From Minisyncoccota bacterium (GTDB taxonomy: Bacteria > Patescibacteriota > Minisyncoccia > UBA6257): a stretch of 64,000 bases of DNA. The DNA lies in NCBI GenBank assembly GCA_028695015.1, contig JAQVJR010000001.1, positions 180,498-244,497 of the forward strand. The letters run 5' to 3'. Position 1 is the first letter of the stretch, and each line of letters begins with the position of its first letter. Shown here one piece after another: positions 20,240 through 30,428 of this stretch. The position numbers were made by a program, and so were the translations under genes. Under the pieces are notes generated by a model that saw nothing but the letters and a program-made list of their open reading frames with translations, searched no databases and had not been told where the DNA came from.

Positions 20240-20275
20240 AAAATAATAAAAACAAATTAAATATAAAAGGAGGAT
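20240..20275 (-). terminator. Hairpin aaggaggata/tatcctcctt with T-run
   Basis: 10-bp inverted repeat followed by a T-run, downstream of the 20299 ORF. Confidence 0.4.
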
Positions 20276-20298
20276 ATTTTTTATCCTCCTTGTTTTAA

Positions 20299-20511
20299 CT
20301 ACCTCCTGTTCTTATTTTTTCTTCCCCAAAAAACCTTTCTCTTTTTTGAAAAATTATTTCTTGGTAAATATCTAGGAAAGGGGTAGCTTTCTGATAAATC
20401 CCCCCAACATGTTTTGCATAACTGCCCCCATCCTTCTACATGCCTTACCCTATTCTGTTCATTATATTGCGTTCTACCTCCACAAGCAGAACATTTAGTT
20501 TTAACTTCCAT
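20299..20511 (-). CDS. Small zinc-ribbon protein (CxxC...CxxC), hypothetical
   Basis: CSACGG...CKTCWG; followed by a terminator hairpin; locally higher GC than surroundings. Confidence 0.35.
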   Translation of the reverse strand: MEVKTKCSACGGRTQYNEQNRVRHVEGWGQLCKTCWGDLSESYPFPRYLPRNNFSKKRKVFWGRKNKNRR

Positions 20512-20549
20512 TTTCTTTCTCCTTTCTTTTTTATTTTTTTCTCCTAATC

Positions 20550-21038
20550 TTAAGAAAGAGGCCAGGTCAAAATAATCATTTTCAATGCCTTATTCCTAAA
20601 AACTTCTGAGGGAACTAGGTTTTCAATAATAAGTTTTGTAGAAACCATTATGTTCCGATTCAAAATCAAAATCTCAGAATTATAATCAATTAAAGAAAAA
20701 ACCCAAAACACTTGATCCCCTTGAAAAACTACTTCAATTTCTTTATTTCTAGGGCACCAACGAACAAATCCTCCCATAATTCTTACTAAGTCTTTCAAAG
20801 GAAGAAAAATATCCCAGTCCTTTCCTTCTACTAGCAGAGGAGTTACTTTTAGTGTTTCATTATAAGAGAGTTCTCCTAAAGGATCTCTAAGCTTTACTAC
20901 ACAATTACTGTCATTAGCACAAAACGTAAAACTTATCTTGTATTTTTCTACCCCTTTGGCCTCTGCTTGTAAAACTATAAATAGCAGCACTGCAAGTAAA
21001 ATTATTAAAAACTTTGATTTCTTCATTCTTATCATCAC
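20550..21038 (-). CDS. Hypothetical secreted protein
   Basis: Signal peptide KFLIILLAVLLFIVLQAEA. Confidence 0.4.
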   Translation of the reverse strand: MMIRMKKSKFLIILLAVLLFIVLQAEAKGVEKYKISFTFCANDSNCVVKLRDPLGELSYNETLKVTPLLVEGKDWDIFLPLKDLVRIMGGFVRWCPRNKEIEVVFQGDQVFWVFSLIDYNSEILILNRNIMVSTKLIIENLVPSEVFRNKALKMIILTWPLS

Positions 21039-21050
21039 CTCCTTTGTTTT

Positions 21051-21380
21051 CTAAAAATTCATTCTAAATTCCTTTCCCCAATGCATAAACCCCAGCCCTT
21101 GATACAATTTATGTACTGCAGGCCTAGAATACCTGCTAGTAGCAATCAATTTATAACATAAGGGCTTGGCCTCTTTTATGACTGCTTTTGTTAAAGATGT
21201 TCCTATCCCTTTACCTCTAAATCCTTCTTCAACAAATACATCTTCTAGTAGCCCAAAAGGCTTGGAATGCAAATCATTAAAGAGAATGTAAAGATAAGCT
21301 CTGCCTACTTCTCTTCCATTAATTTGAGCTGAAAACCTTACTCCATCGCCTTTTACTAATCTTTTCTTAATTAACATCAT
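21051..21380 (-). CDS. GNAT family N-acetyltransferase
   Basis: Acetyl-CoA-binding motif FRGKGIGTSL. Confidence 0.6.
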   Translation of the reverse strand: MMLIKKRLVKGDGVRFSAQINGREVGRAYLYILFNDLHSKPFGLLEDVFVEEGFRGKGIGTSLTKAVIKEAKPLCYKLIATSRYSRPAVHKLYQGLGFMHWGKEFRMNF

Positions 21381-21494
21381 TGCCCCTCCTTTCTTTTATA
21401 TATTTTTTAAAGAACAAAAATACTCACAATTAAGTGTGTATACTATATCACTAAATTAAAATAAAGTCAATATGGTTTTTTTGATAAAAACACC

Positions 21495-24400
21495 CTAGAA
21501 ATCTATAGGTAGAATATGAAAAAGAGTTATTTTAGGTATTTCTGATAATAAACCAACAGAATCCTTAGCCTTAATACCAAAAAAAACATCAAGAGGAACC
21601 CCAGGCAATCTTCTATTATTAATATAGTATATATCTTCTGTTGATACTTGAAGCTGGAATCTATTTATCTGGGAATTAAATATTGGCTCCCCAATAACAT
21701 TTTGTGATTGAGACCATTGCCAAGTTTGTCTTGTTAAATCATTATTGTCTAAACTATCTCCTTGCTTAGCAAAAACATAATGAATTTCATATTTTAAAAC
21801 ATCTTTTGGATCTTGATCAGAAGCAGGGGTCCAAGAAAAAATCAAGTCATCACATGTTCTATTACTACATTCAATCTCAAAGTTTTTAATATTAGTTGGC
21901 GGATGAAAATACCTTAAGGGATTAAAATAAAACTTAGTATCATCATAAGCTATTAATTTTAGATAAGATGATGGACTATTAGCCTGGCCATAATATCCTA
22001 TTGTTACATATTGGTCTGGGGTAAAATCTAAATCCTGTCCTTTAGTAGTTCCAGTAATTTCAATAACAAAGTAATTATCTTCAGGTAATGAATCAATCTT
22101 ATAAGCTAATTTTCTTGGTACTGAAGAATAAATATCTACACTAGTATCTGTTGTAAAGATAACACTTTTTACCTGCCGCGTATTACTAACATATGTTGGA
22201 TAAGTTAAAATTAAACCTGAGGCTTTATTATCAAGTTCCCAATTGTTTTTATCACCTAAATATTCCCAAGGGATACCAAAACTATCTGAAGGATCATCAG
22301 AATCTGAATGAAGGTAAAATGCCATTGCGGTAAAAGCATTTTTTGTTTGTTCTGTTGGAGGAATAAAAGGAAAAGAATCAGCTCTAAGCTCTATTACTTT
22401 TTTTGAAGAATTTTCTGTAAAAGGATGCCAGGAAAATTCAGTAATATAAGGTATTTTTGGCATAGGGGATTCATCTCTTATTAAAGGCAATAAACAATTA
22501 TCAGATGAAAAATCCTTAGGATTAGGGCAATTTTGAAGCTCAAAATCATTAAAATTATTATTAGAATCTAAAAATTTATTATTAATATATTTCCTTTGAA
22601 TACTTTGACCTGGTTCAGGATGCAAAGCACAGCCCCCTGTACAATCATTTGCTTCACCAAAACCAACTTTATCAACTATCTCTCTATTAGGATCTTTTAA
22701 AACAATTGTATTATTATCTGTAATTGTATAATTAGAAGTCACAACATCTGCAATTTGAGTATAAGAACTTGAAGCATGAGCAATTAAGAAAAAATTATTT
22801 GGAGCAATAACTTGTCCTTCTAGCAAGCTTGCTGGCACTAAAGAAGAAAAGCTCTCAGCTTCTTTTGTCTTTTTTTGAAGATACCAACCACTTAAATCAA
22901 CAAGCTCATCATTTGGATTAAAAAGCTCAATAAACTCATCATAAGCATTTATTTTTCCATCTGAAGATAAGCCAGCGACTTTAATTTCAGTGATTAAAAT
23001 TTTTGGATAAACTGGCAAAGAAGGTTTTGTTGTTGTGGTAGAAGGTTTTGTAGTTGTCGTTGGGGAAGAACCTCCTGGGGAAGAATCATTATCTTTAGGA
23101 GAAACAATATACCCAGTACTATTTTCTTTTTTAGGAGTTCCGTTTATTATAGCGCTGGTTTGCCAAGTTAAATCTGATTTTCTTTCCATTGTTCTTTTTT
23201 CCTGGTTATCGCCAGCTGGCCAATCTGGATTAGCTAAAACTTCATCTTGGAGCTTACAATTATCATCAAATAAACGAAGTCCTTCTTCTGTGTTATTTAA
23301 AACTCCAGTATAAATATAATCAGCTGCAATACCAGGAACAGATTCATCACTAGTTCTTTCTAATAAATAAAAACCAAAGGCAGGAATTTTACTTCCTGGT
23401 TCAAATGCAATCTTGATTTGTTTATCTTTATCTAGTAATTGCCAATTACTTATATCAATCACCTTGGAAGAAATATTTTTTAATTCTATCCATTCTGCAT
23501 TAGCACTTCTTTCTGTTCCCATCCAAGCAACTTCATTAATGATCACCTTATCCTGACTTGGTGATTGAAAAGTAATAAAATCACAAAAAGAAATTTCTTT
23601 TAGTTGTTTGGTGGTAGTCGTGGTAGGTTTTAAAGTTGTGGTGGTTGTTTTTTTAAGAGTGGTTGTTGTCGTTTTAGGCTTAGTAGTCGTAGTCGGAACA
23701 GTAGAAGCTTTAGTTGTTGTTGTATTTTGAGAAGCAGTTGGTAAATTAATAAAATAATCATCATCTGATGTATTGTCCGAAGAGCTATAAGAAGAATCCT
23801 CAAGAATTATAAAATCTGAATCTTTTTGAAAAATACCATTAATAAACTTGGTTATTCCCCCAATGGCTGCTAGTAAAAAATTACTCTCATTTTTAGAAAT
23901 GAATCCAGAGTCTAATTTAGCTTTTGCAACCTCTTTAAAAAATAAATTAATTACCCCTACCCCATTTAAAACAGCCTGTCGGGATAGTCTTTCCCAATAA
24001 TCATTTAAAACTTGCTCATCCTCAAGAGAAAAAACTGTTGGGCCTGAAACTAATCGCCAACCAATATTGTTTTTTAACATTAAAGCCAGGTGAAATAAAT
24101 CATTGTTTTCATCTCTTCCCATTGCATAAAAAACTTGTTTTCCATTCTGGATTTCAGGAAATTCAGAATATATAGGCTGAGGCAATTTATACTTTGAATT
24201 AGAAATTGTATCAGGGCTGTAAAAATAATTATTAGAATAAAAAGCCATTGTGTCAAAGTATTCATTCAGATTTCTCTTTTCTCTTATTGACAAATTTTTT
24301 ACTTGTTCTTCTGTTCTTGTATAAAAACTTTTTACACTCTGGGCCGTATATAATTCATAAGGGCTATTAGCACTATTAATAAAGAAAATATGAACATTAG

Positions 24401-24914
24401 CCCTTGTATGCTCTGGCACACTCAAGTCTTGAATCAAATGCAAAATATGGCCTAATGATTTAAAAGCTATCTCTTTATTACCTTTTACATATTCATAAAT
24501 AGCTCTCTGCCAAGTAAAATTAGTTCTTGAATATACTGGGCTTTTAACTATTGGTCCGATAAGAGCTAGATACAAAGGATCATAAACAGCCTGAGCAAAT
24601 GGATTTTGTCCCCATTCTTTAGCGGTTAATGATGGAAATAAATAATCAATGCCTCCAAATTCCCATGTTTCATTAAAAACCGGGTCATAAAAATGATTAA
24701 TACATCTTATTCCTTGATCTTCTTCAATGCTGCCTGAAATTATCCATTGTTTTTCTAAATTATTTATCAAATACTGAATTGAGTTTTGATTATAAAGATT
24801 TACTGTAATCTCTGATAAAATTGGATGGGTTGTTTTTGCATCATAAGCAGAAACAAAAACAAAAGGTAAAAGAGTTAAAAAAATAATTAAAAAAAACAGT
24901 GGGGCTTTTTTCAT
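21495..24914 (-). CDS. Large secreted multidomain protein: Zn-dependent PLC/P1-nuclease superfamily domain + Thr/Pro-rich linkers + two lamin-tail domains (LTD) + FN3-like C-terminus
   Basis: Signal peptide; NHFYDP and HILHLIQDLSVPEH (H-x3-D-x3-P-x-H) motifs; LTD-like VIINEVAWMG...EWIELKN...IDISNWQL and ILITEIKV...EFIELFNPN...VDLSGWYL; TTTTKP linkers. Confidence 0.6.
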   Translation of the reverse strand: MKKAPLFFLIIFLTLLPFVFVSAYDAKTTHPILSEITVNLYNQNSIQYLINNLEKQWIISGSIEEDQGIRCINHFYDPVFNETWEFGGIDYLFPSLTAKEWGQNPFAQAVYDPLYLALIGPIVKSPVYSRTNFTWQRAIYEYVKGNKEIAFKSLGHILHLIQDLSVPEHTRANVHIFFINSANSPYELYTAQSVKSFYTRTEEQVKNLSIREKRNLNEYFDTMAFYSNNYFYSPDTISNSKYKLPQPIYSEFPEIQNGKQVFYAMGRDENNDLFHLALMLKNNIGWRLVSGPTVFSLEDEQVLNDYWERLSRQAVLNGVGVINLFFKEVAKAKLDSGFISKNESNFLLAAIGGITKFINGIFQKDSDFIILEDSSYSSSDNTSDDDYFINLPTASQNTTTTKASTVPTTTTKPKTTTTTLKKTTTTTLKPTTTTTKQLKEISFCDFITFQSPSQDKVIINEVAWMGTERSANAEWIELKNISSKVIDISNWQLLDKDKQIKIAFEPGSKIPAFGFYLLERTSDESVPGIAADYIYTGVLNNTEEGLRLFDDNCKLQDEVLANPDWPAGDNQEKRTMERKSDLTWQTSAIINGTPKKENSTGYIVSPKDNDSSPGGSSPTTTTKPSTTTTKPSLPVYPKILITEIKVAGLSSDGKINAYDEFIELFNPNDELVDLSGWYLQKKTKEAESFSSLVPASLLEGQVIAPNNFFLIAHASSSYTQIADVVTSNYTITDNNTIVLKDPNREIVDKVGFGEANDCTGGCALHPEPGQSIQRKYINNKFLDSNNNFNDFELQNCPNPKDFSSDNCLLPLIRDESPMPKIPYITEFSWHPFTENSSKKVIELRADSFPFIPPTEQTKNAFTAMAFYLHSDSDDPSDSFGIPWEYLGDKNNWELDNKASGLILTYPTYVSNTRQVKSVIFTTDTSVDIYSSVPRKLAYKIDSLPEDNYFVIEITGTTKGQDLDFTPDQYVTIGYYGQANSPSSYLKLIAYDDTKFYFNPLRYFHPPTNIKNFEIECSNRTCDDLIFSWTPASDQDPKDVLKYEIHYVFAKQGDSLDNNDLTRQTWQWSQSQNVIGEPIFNSQINRFQLQVSTEDIYYINNRRLPGVPLDVFFGIKAKDSVGLLSEIPKITLFHILPIDF

Positions 24915-24933
24915 AATTAAAAAAATTAAAGAT

Positions 24934-25476
24934 TTAAAATTCTGTAATTTTCCAAATATTACTTATTCCTTCTTCTTGTTCTGAAAAAATAGGCTGTCTT
25001 AATGCTACTTGAGCAATTAAATAATCATCTTCACTGTATACGCGTATAACATAAGAACCATTAGCTGTTATTTCTCCTCTTTGATTTTCTGGATTTAATA
25101 AATCATTCATCATCTTCTCCCACTGGTTATTATTTTTTATATCTAGAAAAAAATCCTTGTATAATTCTTGCTTATCATAAATGAAATACCTTATTGCTAA
25201 ATCTATATTTTTACTTTCCAAAGCTTCTAAGAACATTTGATATGTTGATTCAGGAGTTGTTGCCCCATATATATCATTCAAATATTTATTTCTTTCTTCC
25301 TGGATTTTTTCATTAAATACCTCTACTTGTTGTTTGTATTGTTTAGCCTTTTGTATTTCTGGATTTAAATACCAAGACTTTATTAAAAGCCCTCCGATAA
25401 CAACAATAAAGATTAAAAAGAATAACAAAAACTTCTTAAAGAATGATTTTTTAACTTGAGAAGTTGTTTTTTCCAT
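24934..25476 (-). CDS. Hypothetical membrane-anchored protein
   Basis: One N-terminal TM segment FLLFFLIFIVVIGGLLI. Confidence 0.4.
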   Translation of the reverse strand: MEKTTSQVKKSFFKKFLLFFLIFIVVIGGLLIKSWYLNPEIQKAKQYKQQVEVFNEKIQEERNKYLNDIYGATTPESTYQMFLEALESKNIDLAIRYFIYDKQELYKDFFLDIKNNNQWEKMMNDLLNPENQRGEITANGSYVIRVYSEDDYLIAQVALRQPIFSEQEEGISNIWKITEF

Positions 25477-25496
25477 TTTTTAATAAAGACCCTTTT

Positions 25497-25575
25497 TTAG
25501 GGTCCGGAAAAGAAAAAACGGTGGGGTAAACTTTTCCGGACCCTAAAAAAAGATCCTTCACCCACCGTTTTAAAT
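25497..25575 (-). terminator. Nested inverted repeats with T-run downstream of rpsP (agggtccggaaaag/cttttccggaccct and aacggtggg/cccaccgtt)
   Basis: Two overlapping strong hairpins; on the minus strand one is followed by TTTTTTCTTTT. Confidence 0.5.
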
Positions 25576-25653
25576 ATGTAATATTTTCTTAAATTTAATC
25601 TTAGCGATAAAATTTTTAAAAGTCAAGTCCTAAATGTGGATAACTTTTTTTCT

Positions 25654-26187
25654 TTATTTTTCTAAATTTTCCACGTCAGATTTTTCTTTTTCATCTACCA
25701 TTTCTTTTTTCTCTTCTTGTGTTTCTGTTTTCTCTGGGGATAATTTTTCTTTTGTTTCTTCTTTTGTTTCTTCTTTTATTTCTGAATCAGTTTTTTCTTT
25801 TTCAGAAACTTCTGCTTGAGGTTCTGTTTCTGATTTGGCTTCTTCTTTTATATCTTCTGTTAATTGCTCTTGTCCTGTTTGCTCTATCGCTTCAGTTGGT
25901 TCGTCTTTTTTAACTTTCTTTTTACTGATTTTAATTGGCCTCTTCTTGCCCTGAATAACTTTGTTTTGAATTAGAAAATTAAAACAGGTGTCTGAAACTT
26001 GAGCTCCTTGATCAAGCCAATAAAGAATTCGTTCTTTTTTTAATTCTGATTGCTTTGTCTTAGGATTATACCAACCTAAAATCTCTTTTGCTTTTCCACT
26101 GTTTACTGCCACTCTAGAATCAACTGCTATAATGCGAAAAACAAAATCTTTCTTTTTTCCTTGTTTTTGAAATCTTAATATTAACAT
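25654..26187 (-). CDS. rpsP: 30S ribosomal protein S16 with long acidic C-terminal extension (start likely MLILRF at 26187)
   Basis: MLILRFQKQGKKKDFVFRIIAVDSR...GWYNP...ILYWLDQGAQVSDT. Confidence 0.85.
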   Translation of the reverse strand: MLILRFQKQGKKKDFVFRIIAVDSRVAVNSGKAKEILGWYNPKTKQSELKKERILYWLDQGAQVSDTCFNFLIQNKVIQGKKRPIKISKKKVKKDEPTEAIEQTGQEQLTEDIKEEAKSETEPQAEVSEKEKTDSEIKEETKEETKEKLSPEKTETQEEKKEMVDEKEKSDVENLEK

Positions 26188-26264
26188 AATTTTTGATATA
26201 ACATTATTACTGAATTTATTACCAAATGTCAAATATATTGATTTGGTATTTTTAAGTTTATTTT

Positions 26265-28352
26265 TTAAACATCTAAGTTTTGAACTTTTTGAGCATAGGC
26301 TTGAATAAATTTCTTACGCGGCAAAACTTCTTTCCCCATTAAAATATCAAACAATCTATCAGCATTTTCAGCATTTTCAATAGTGACTAACTTTAAAACT
26401 CTTTGTGCTGGGTCCATAGTTGTCTCCCATAATTGATCTGGGTTCATTTCTCCCAAGCCTTTATAGCGCTGAATTGATATTCCTTTTAATTCAGCTAATT
26501 CATCTGTCTTTGATTCAGGTATTGGCTCTTCTACAGCTAAAATAGATTCTTCTTTACTTTCAGAAACTATTTTTAATTTTCTTACCTTTGATTTTGAAAC
26601 TTCCTTTTCTTTTGCCTTGCCTTGAATTTTATCTAAAACTTCCTGTTTTTCTGCTTCATTATAAGCATAATGAATTTCCTTACCTTTTTGAATACGATAA
26701 AGAGGCGGTTGAGCAATATAAAGATAACCATGGTCTATAATCGGGCGAAAATATCTAAAGAAAAGCGTTAATAAAAGAGTCCTAATATGAGCACCATCAG
26801 AATCTGCATCAGTCATAATAACAACCTTATGATAGCGAAGCTTGTTCAAATTAAAATCTTCACTTATAGCTGTGCCTAAGGCAACAATTAAAGCCCTTAT
26901 TTCTTCTGAGGACATCATCCTATCAAAACGACTTTTTTCTATATTCAAAATCTTCCCTCTTAAGGGAAGGATTGCTTGGGTATTACGATCTCTTCCAGTT
27001 TTAGCACTCCCTCCAGCACTATCTCCTTCAACAATAAATAATTCTGATTCTTCAGCTCGACGGGAAATGCAATCAGCTAATTTTCCAGGCAAAGTCATTC
27101 CTTCTAAAATTCCTTTTCTTAAAATATTCTCCCGAGCTTTTTTTGCTGCTTCCCGCGCCTTAGCACTTAATAATGATTTTTCAATAATCCTCTTTGCATC
27201 TTCTTTATTAATCTCTAAGAATTCTTTAAAACTTTCACCAACTACCTGCTCTACTGCAGTCCTGACTTCTGGATTACCTAACTTAGCTTTGGTCTGACCT
27301 TCAAATTGAGGCTCTTGTAATTTAACACTAATTACTGCTATTAAGCCTTCACGTGTATCCTCTCCTGTGAAGCTGCCATTACCATTTTTAAAAATCTCTT
27401 GTTCTTTTGCATAGTCATTTAAGCTTCTTGTTAAAGCTGAACGAAAACCAGTTAAATGCATCCCTCCTTCAGGTGTATAAATATTATTAGCAAAAGATGC
27501 TTCAGTACTTTCATTATCATCTATATAAGCTAAGGCTACTTCTACTAAAATATTTTCTTTTTCTTGACTAATATAAAACACATTTCTAGTTAATCTTTTA
27601 TAATCTCTAGCTAAGTATCTTATTAAAGCAATGATTCCACTTTCAAAATGAAAAGTATAAGAAGAAAGCTTGGTTCCTTCACGATAATCCTTAAACCTAA
27701 TTGTTGTCCCTGGGGTTAAATAAGCTTGTTGGCGTAAATGATCTAATATTTTCTTTGTATCAAACTTAATGTCTTTAAAAATTTCTGGATCTGGTTTGAA
27801 AACAATCTTTGTTCCTTCTTGCTTAGATTTACCTGCTTTTTTTAATTTAGTAATTGCTTTTCCTCGACTGTATTCTTGTTGATATAAAATTCCTTCACGA
27901 CAAATCTCTGCTTGTAGGTGCTCTGAAAGGGCATTGACTACTGAAACTCCAACTCCATGTAAACCACCAGCTACTTTATATGACTTGCCTCCAAATTTAC
28001 CTCCAGCATGAAGGGTAGTTAAAACAATTTCCAAAGCTGATTTTTTAGTCTTTTTATGAACATCAACTGGAATCCCTCTTCCATCATCAGTTATGGCGAC
28101 TTCATTTTCTGCTAAGATTTCAATTAAGATATTTTTAGCAAATCCAGCCATTGCCTCATCAATGCTATTATCCACTACTTCCCAAATTAAATGATGAAGG
28201 CCATCAACTCCAGTAGAACCAATATACATTCCTGGTCTTTTTCGAACCGGATCTAATCCTTCTAAAACATAAATATCCTTAGCTGTATATGAATTGTTAT
28301 CATTTAAGGTTTCTTTTTTTTCTGTTGGTTTTTGTTTTATTTTTTTTACCAT
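26265..28352 (-). CDS. gyrB: DNA gyrase subunit B
   Basis: GHKL ATPase motifs LHHLIWEVVDNSIDEA and GLHGVG; TOPRIM EGDSAGGSAK; C-terminal GyrB tail. Confidence 0.9.
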   Translation of the reverse strand: MVKKIKQKPTEKKETLNDNNSYTAKDIYVLEGLDPVRKRPGMYIGSTGVDGLHHLIWEVVDNSIDEAMAGFAKNILIEILAENEVAITDDGRGIPVDVHKKTKKSALEIVLTTLHAGGKFGGKSYKVAGGLHGVGVSVVNALSEHLQAEICREGILYQQEYSRGKAITKLKKAGKSKQEGTKIVFKPDPEIFKDIKFDTKKILDHLRQQAYLTPGTTIRFKDYREGTKLSSYTFHFESGIIALIRYLARDYKRLTRNVFYISQEKENILVEVALAYIDDNESTEASFANNIYTPEGGMHLTGFRSALTRSLNDYAKEQEIFKNGNGSFTGEDTREGLIAVISVKLQEPQFEGQTKAKLGNPEVRTAVEQVVGESFKEFLEINKEDAKRIIEKSLLSAKAREAAKKARENILRKGILEGMTLPGKLADCISRRAEESELFIVEGDSAGGSAKTGRDRNTQAILPLRGKILNIEKSRFDRMMSSEEIRALIVALGTAISEDFNLNKLRYHKVVIMTDADSDGAHIRTLLLTLFFRYFRPIIDHGYLYIAQPPLYRIQKGKEIHYAYNEAEKQEVLDKIQGKAKEKEVSKSKVRKLKIVSESKEESILAVEEPIPESKTDELAELKGISIQRYKGLGEMNPDQLWETTMDPAQRVLKLVTIENAENADRLFDILMGKEVLPRKKFIQAYAQKVQNLDV

Positions 28353-28370
28353 AGTTATAGTTAAAGTATT

Positions 28371-30416
28371 TTATCTAATTTTTGCGCCTAGAGATTTTAA
28401 GGCTTTGTAAATCTTTTCCATTTCTTTATCAATCTCAATATTAGTTAAGGTGTGTTTTGGTGATCTAAAAACAAGATGGAAAGATAGGCTTTTACTTCCT
28501 AAAGGTAAGTTTTTACCCATATAAACATCAAATAAATCTATTTCTTTTAAGAAAGAAGAAGAGGTTTTTTGCAAAATATTGAAAATCTCACCAATAAGAA
28601 TATCTTTTGAAATTACAAAAGAAATATCTCTAATAACAGCTGGGTATTTAGGTAAGGCTTGAAATTCTTTTTCCTTTTTAGCTAAATCAAACAAAGGCCT
28701 TAATTTAATTTCCCAAAACATTGTTTCTCCTTGACAATCATAATGTTTTTTTAAAAAATCTTGAGGTTTACCTAAGGCACCAATGAGTTTTTGATTAATA
28801 AAAATCCCTGCTCCTTGTTCTAATAAATCTGAATACTCTGTCTTTTTTAAGTCTTGAAAAATACAATCATGTTGATTAATACCAAGAATAATTAATAAAT
28901 CCTCAATCATGCCTTTAGCTTGATAGAATAATTGATTATTATCTAAATTGGTTTTTTGAGCCAAAATTCCACTAAAAACATATTCTTCTTTTTTAGGAAA
29001 ATAGATATTCCCTAATTCAAAAAACCTAATTTTATCAACAAAGCGAAAATTATCTCTAGCATTCTTTAAAAGATTGATTAAAAGAGTTGGTCTTAAATAT
29101 TGAGTTAAAGAACTAGTTGGGTTTTCTATTTCAATCATCTTTTGTTGCCATTGTTGAGGTAAGATATTTTTATCTTTATTAGAAATAAAAGAATAGTTAT
29201 AGGTTTCATATAATCTGTATTCTTTGAATTGGTCTTTAATTTTTTCACGAAATAGCCAAAATTCATTTTTAGTAGGAGGTTTTAATTCTTCTTTGGGCAA
29301 AATAGGCTCAATCAAATCAATACCTTCTAATCTAGCTACCTCTCCCATAACATCTTCTTTAATTAAGATATCATTGCGGAATCTAGGTTGAATAACTAAA
29401 AGATGATTTTTATGTTTTGTAAATGAAAAACCTAATAAATCAAGATTTTTTAAGATTCTTTCTTTTTTTATTGACCAGCCTAGAAACTTTTCCCAATCTT
29501 CCCATTTGATAGAAATGGGTTTTTTAACACTTTTCCAACTATTAATATCTTTTATTTTTTCTACTCTTCCTTTTATAATATTACCTCCGGCTATTTGTTG
29601 GATTAACTCTGCTAAGCGATCTAAGGCATAAGAAGTTAATTCCAAAGGCACATTATGTTCAAATCTCCAAGAAGCATCTGTAGCCAAGCCTAGGGATTTA
29701 GAAGTTAAACGAATATTACTCCCTTTAAAATTAGCACTTTCCAAAATTATATTCTGGGTTTTTTTGCTAACAGCTGTTTCCTGGCCTCCTTTAATACCAG
29801 CTAAAGCAATGGGCATTTTACTATCAGCAATCACCATCATTTCTTTATTTAGGAGATATTTTTGATCATCAAGAGCATTAAGTATTTCTTTATCTTTTGC
29901 CTGCCTGATAATAATCTTTTTTTTAGAATTTTCAGGATCAATTGTATCAAAATCAAATACATGAAGAGGTTGCCCAGTTTCTATCATTACATAATTAGCA
30001 ACATCAACTAAATTATTAATTGGTCGAATGCCACAATCTTTTAATCTCTGTTTTAACCATAGAGGAGATTCTTTAACCTTAACTCCTTGTAATATCCTTG
30101 CTGCATAATACCTGCAATTTATTGTTTTAATATCTAAAGATAATAAATCATTAATTGAATTTTTTTTATCTTCTTTAAAAACAGGCTCTGGAGAATTAAA
30201 ACGTTGATTTAAGCAAGCACTTATTTCTCTTGCTAAACTGAGATGACCAGAAGCCCAACCAATTTGATTAGATAATAATTCAACTTCTAGAATAGGTCTT
30301 TTACCCAAACTCTTAACTGTGGTTTCAGCAAAATACATTGTTAAAATCTCTGCCAATTGCTTTGGCGTTTGTTTTAATTTTAATAAATCTTTTAACCAAT
30401 TAAACGAAACTTTCAT
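28371..30416 (-). CDS. pheT: Phenylalanine--tRNA ligase beta subunit
   Basis: MKVSFNWLKDLL N-terminus; B3/4 and class-II-like core domains; directly downstream of pheS. Confidence 0.85.
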   Translation of the reverse strand: MKVSFNWLKDLLKLKQTPKQLAEILTMYFAETTVKSLGKRPILEVELLSNQIGWASGHLSLAREISACLNQRFNSPEPVFKEDKKNSINDLLSLDIKTINCRYYAARILQGVKVKESPLWLKQRLKDCGIRPINNLVDVANYVMIETGQPLHVFDFDTIDPENSKKKIIIRQAKDKEILNALDDQKYLLNKEMMVIADSKMPIALAGIKGGQETAVSKKTQNIILESANFKGSNIRLTSKSLGLATDASWRFEHNVPLELTSYALDRLAELIQQIAGGNIIKGRVEKIKDINSWKSVKKPISIKWEDWEKFLGWSIKKERILKNLDLLGFSFTKHKNHLLVIQPRFRNDILIKEDVMGEVARLEGIDLIEPILPKEELKPPTKNEFWLFREKIKDQFKEYRLYETYNYSFISNKDKNILPQQWQQKMIEIENPTSSLTQYLRPTLLINLLKNARDNFRFVDKIRFFELGNIYFPKKEEYVFSGILAQKTNLDNNQLFYQAKGMIEDLLIILGINQHDCIFQDLKKTEYSDLLEQGAGIFINQKLIGALGKPQDFLKKHYDCQGETMFWEIKLRPLFDLAKKEKEFQALPKYPAVIRDISFVISKDILIGEIFNILQKTSSSFLKEIDLFDVYMGKNLPLGSKSLSFHLVFRSPKHTLTNIEIDKEMEKIYKALKSLGAKIR

Positions 30417-30428
30417 TATGTGAATATT

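Noticed and set aside
23035-27297. ORFs 23035..23313 (+), 24080..24265 (-), 25634..25819 (+), 25719..25913 (+), 26842..27297 (+)
   Set aside because: Overlap well-supported genes (large surface protein, rpsP, gyrB) on the other strand or frame.
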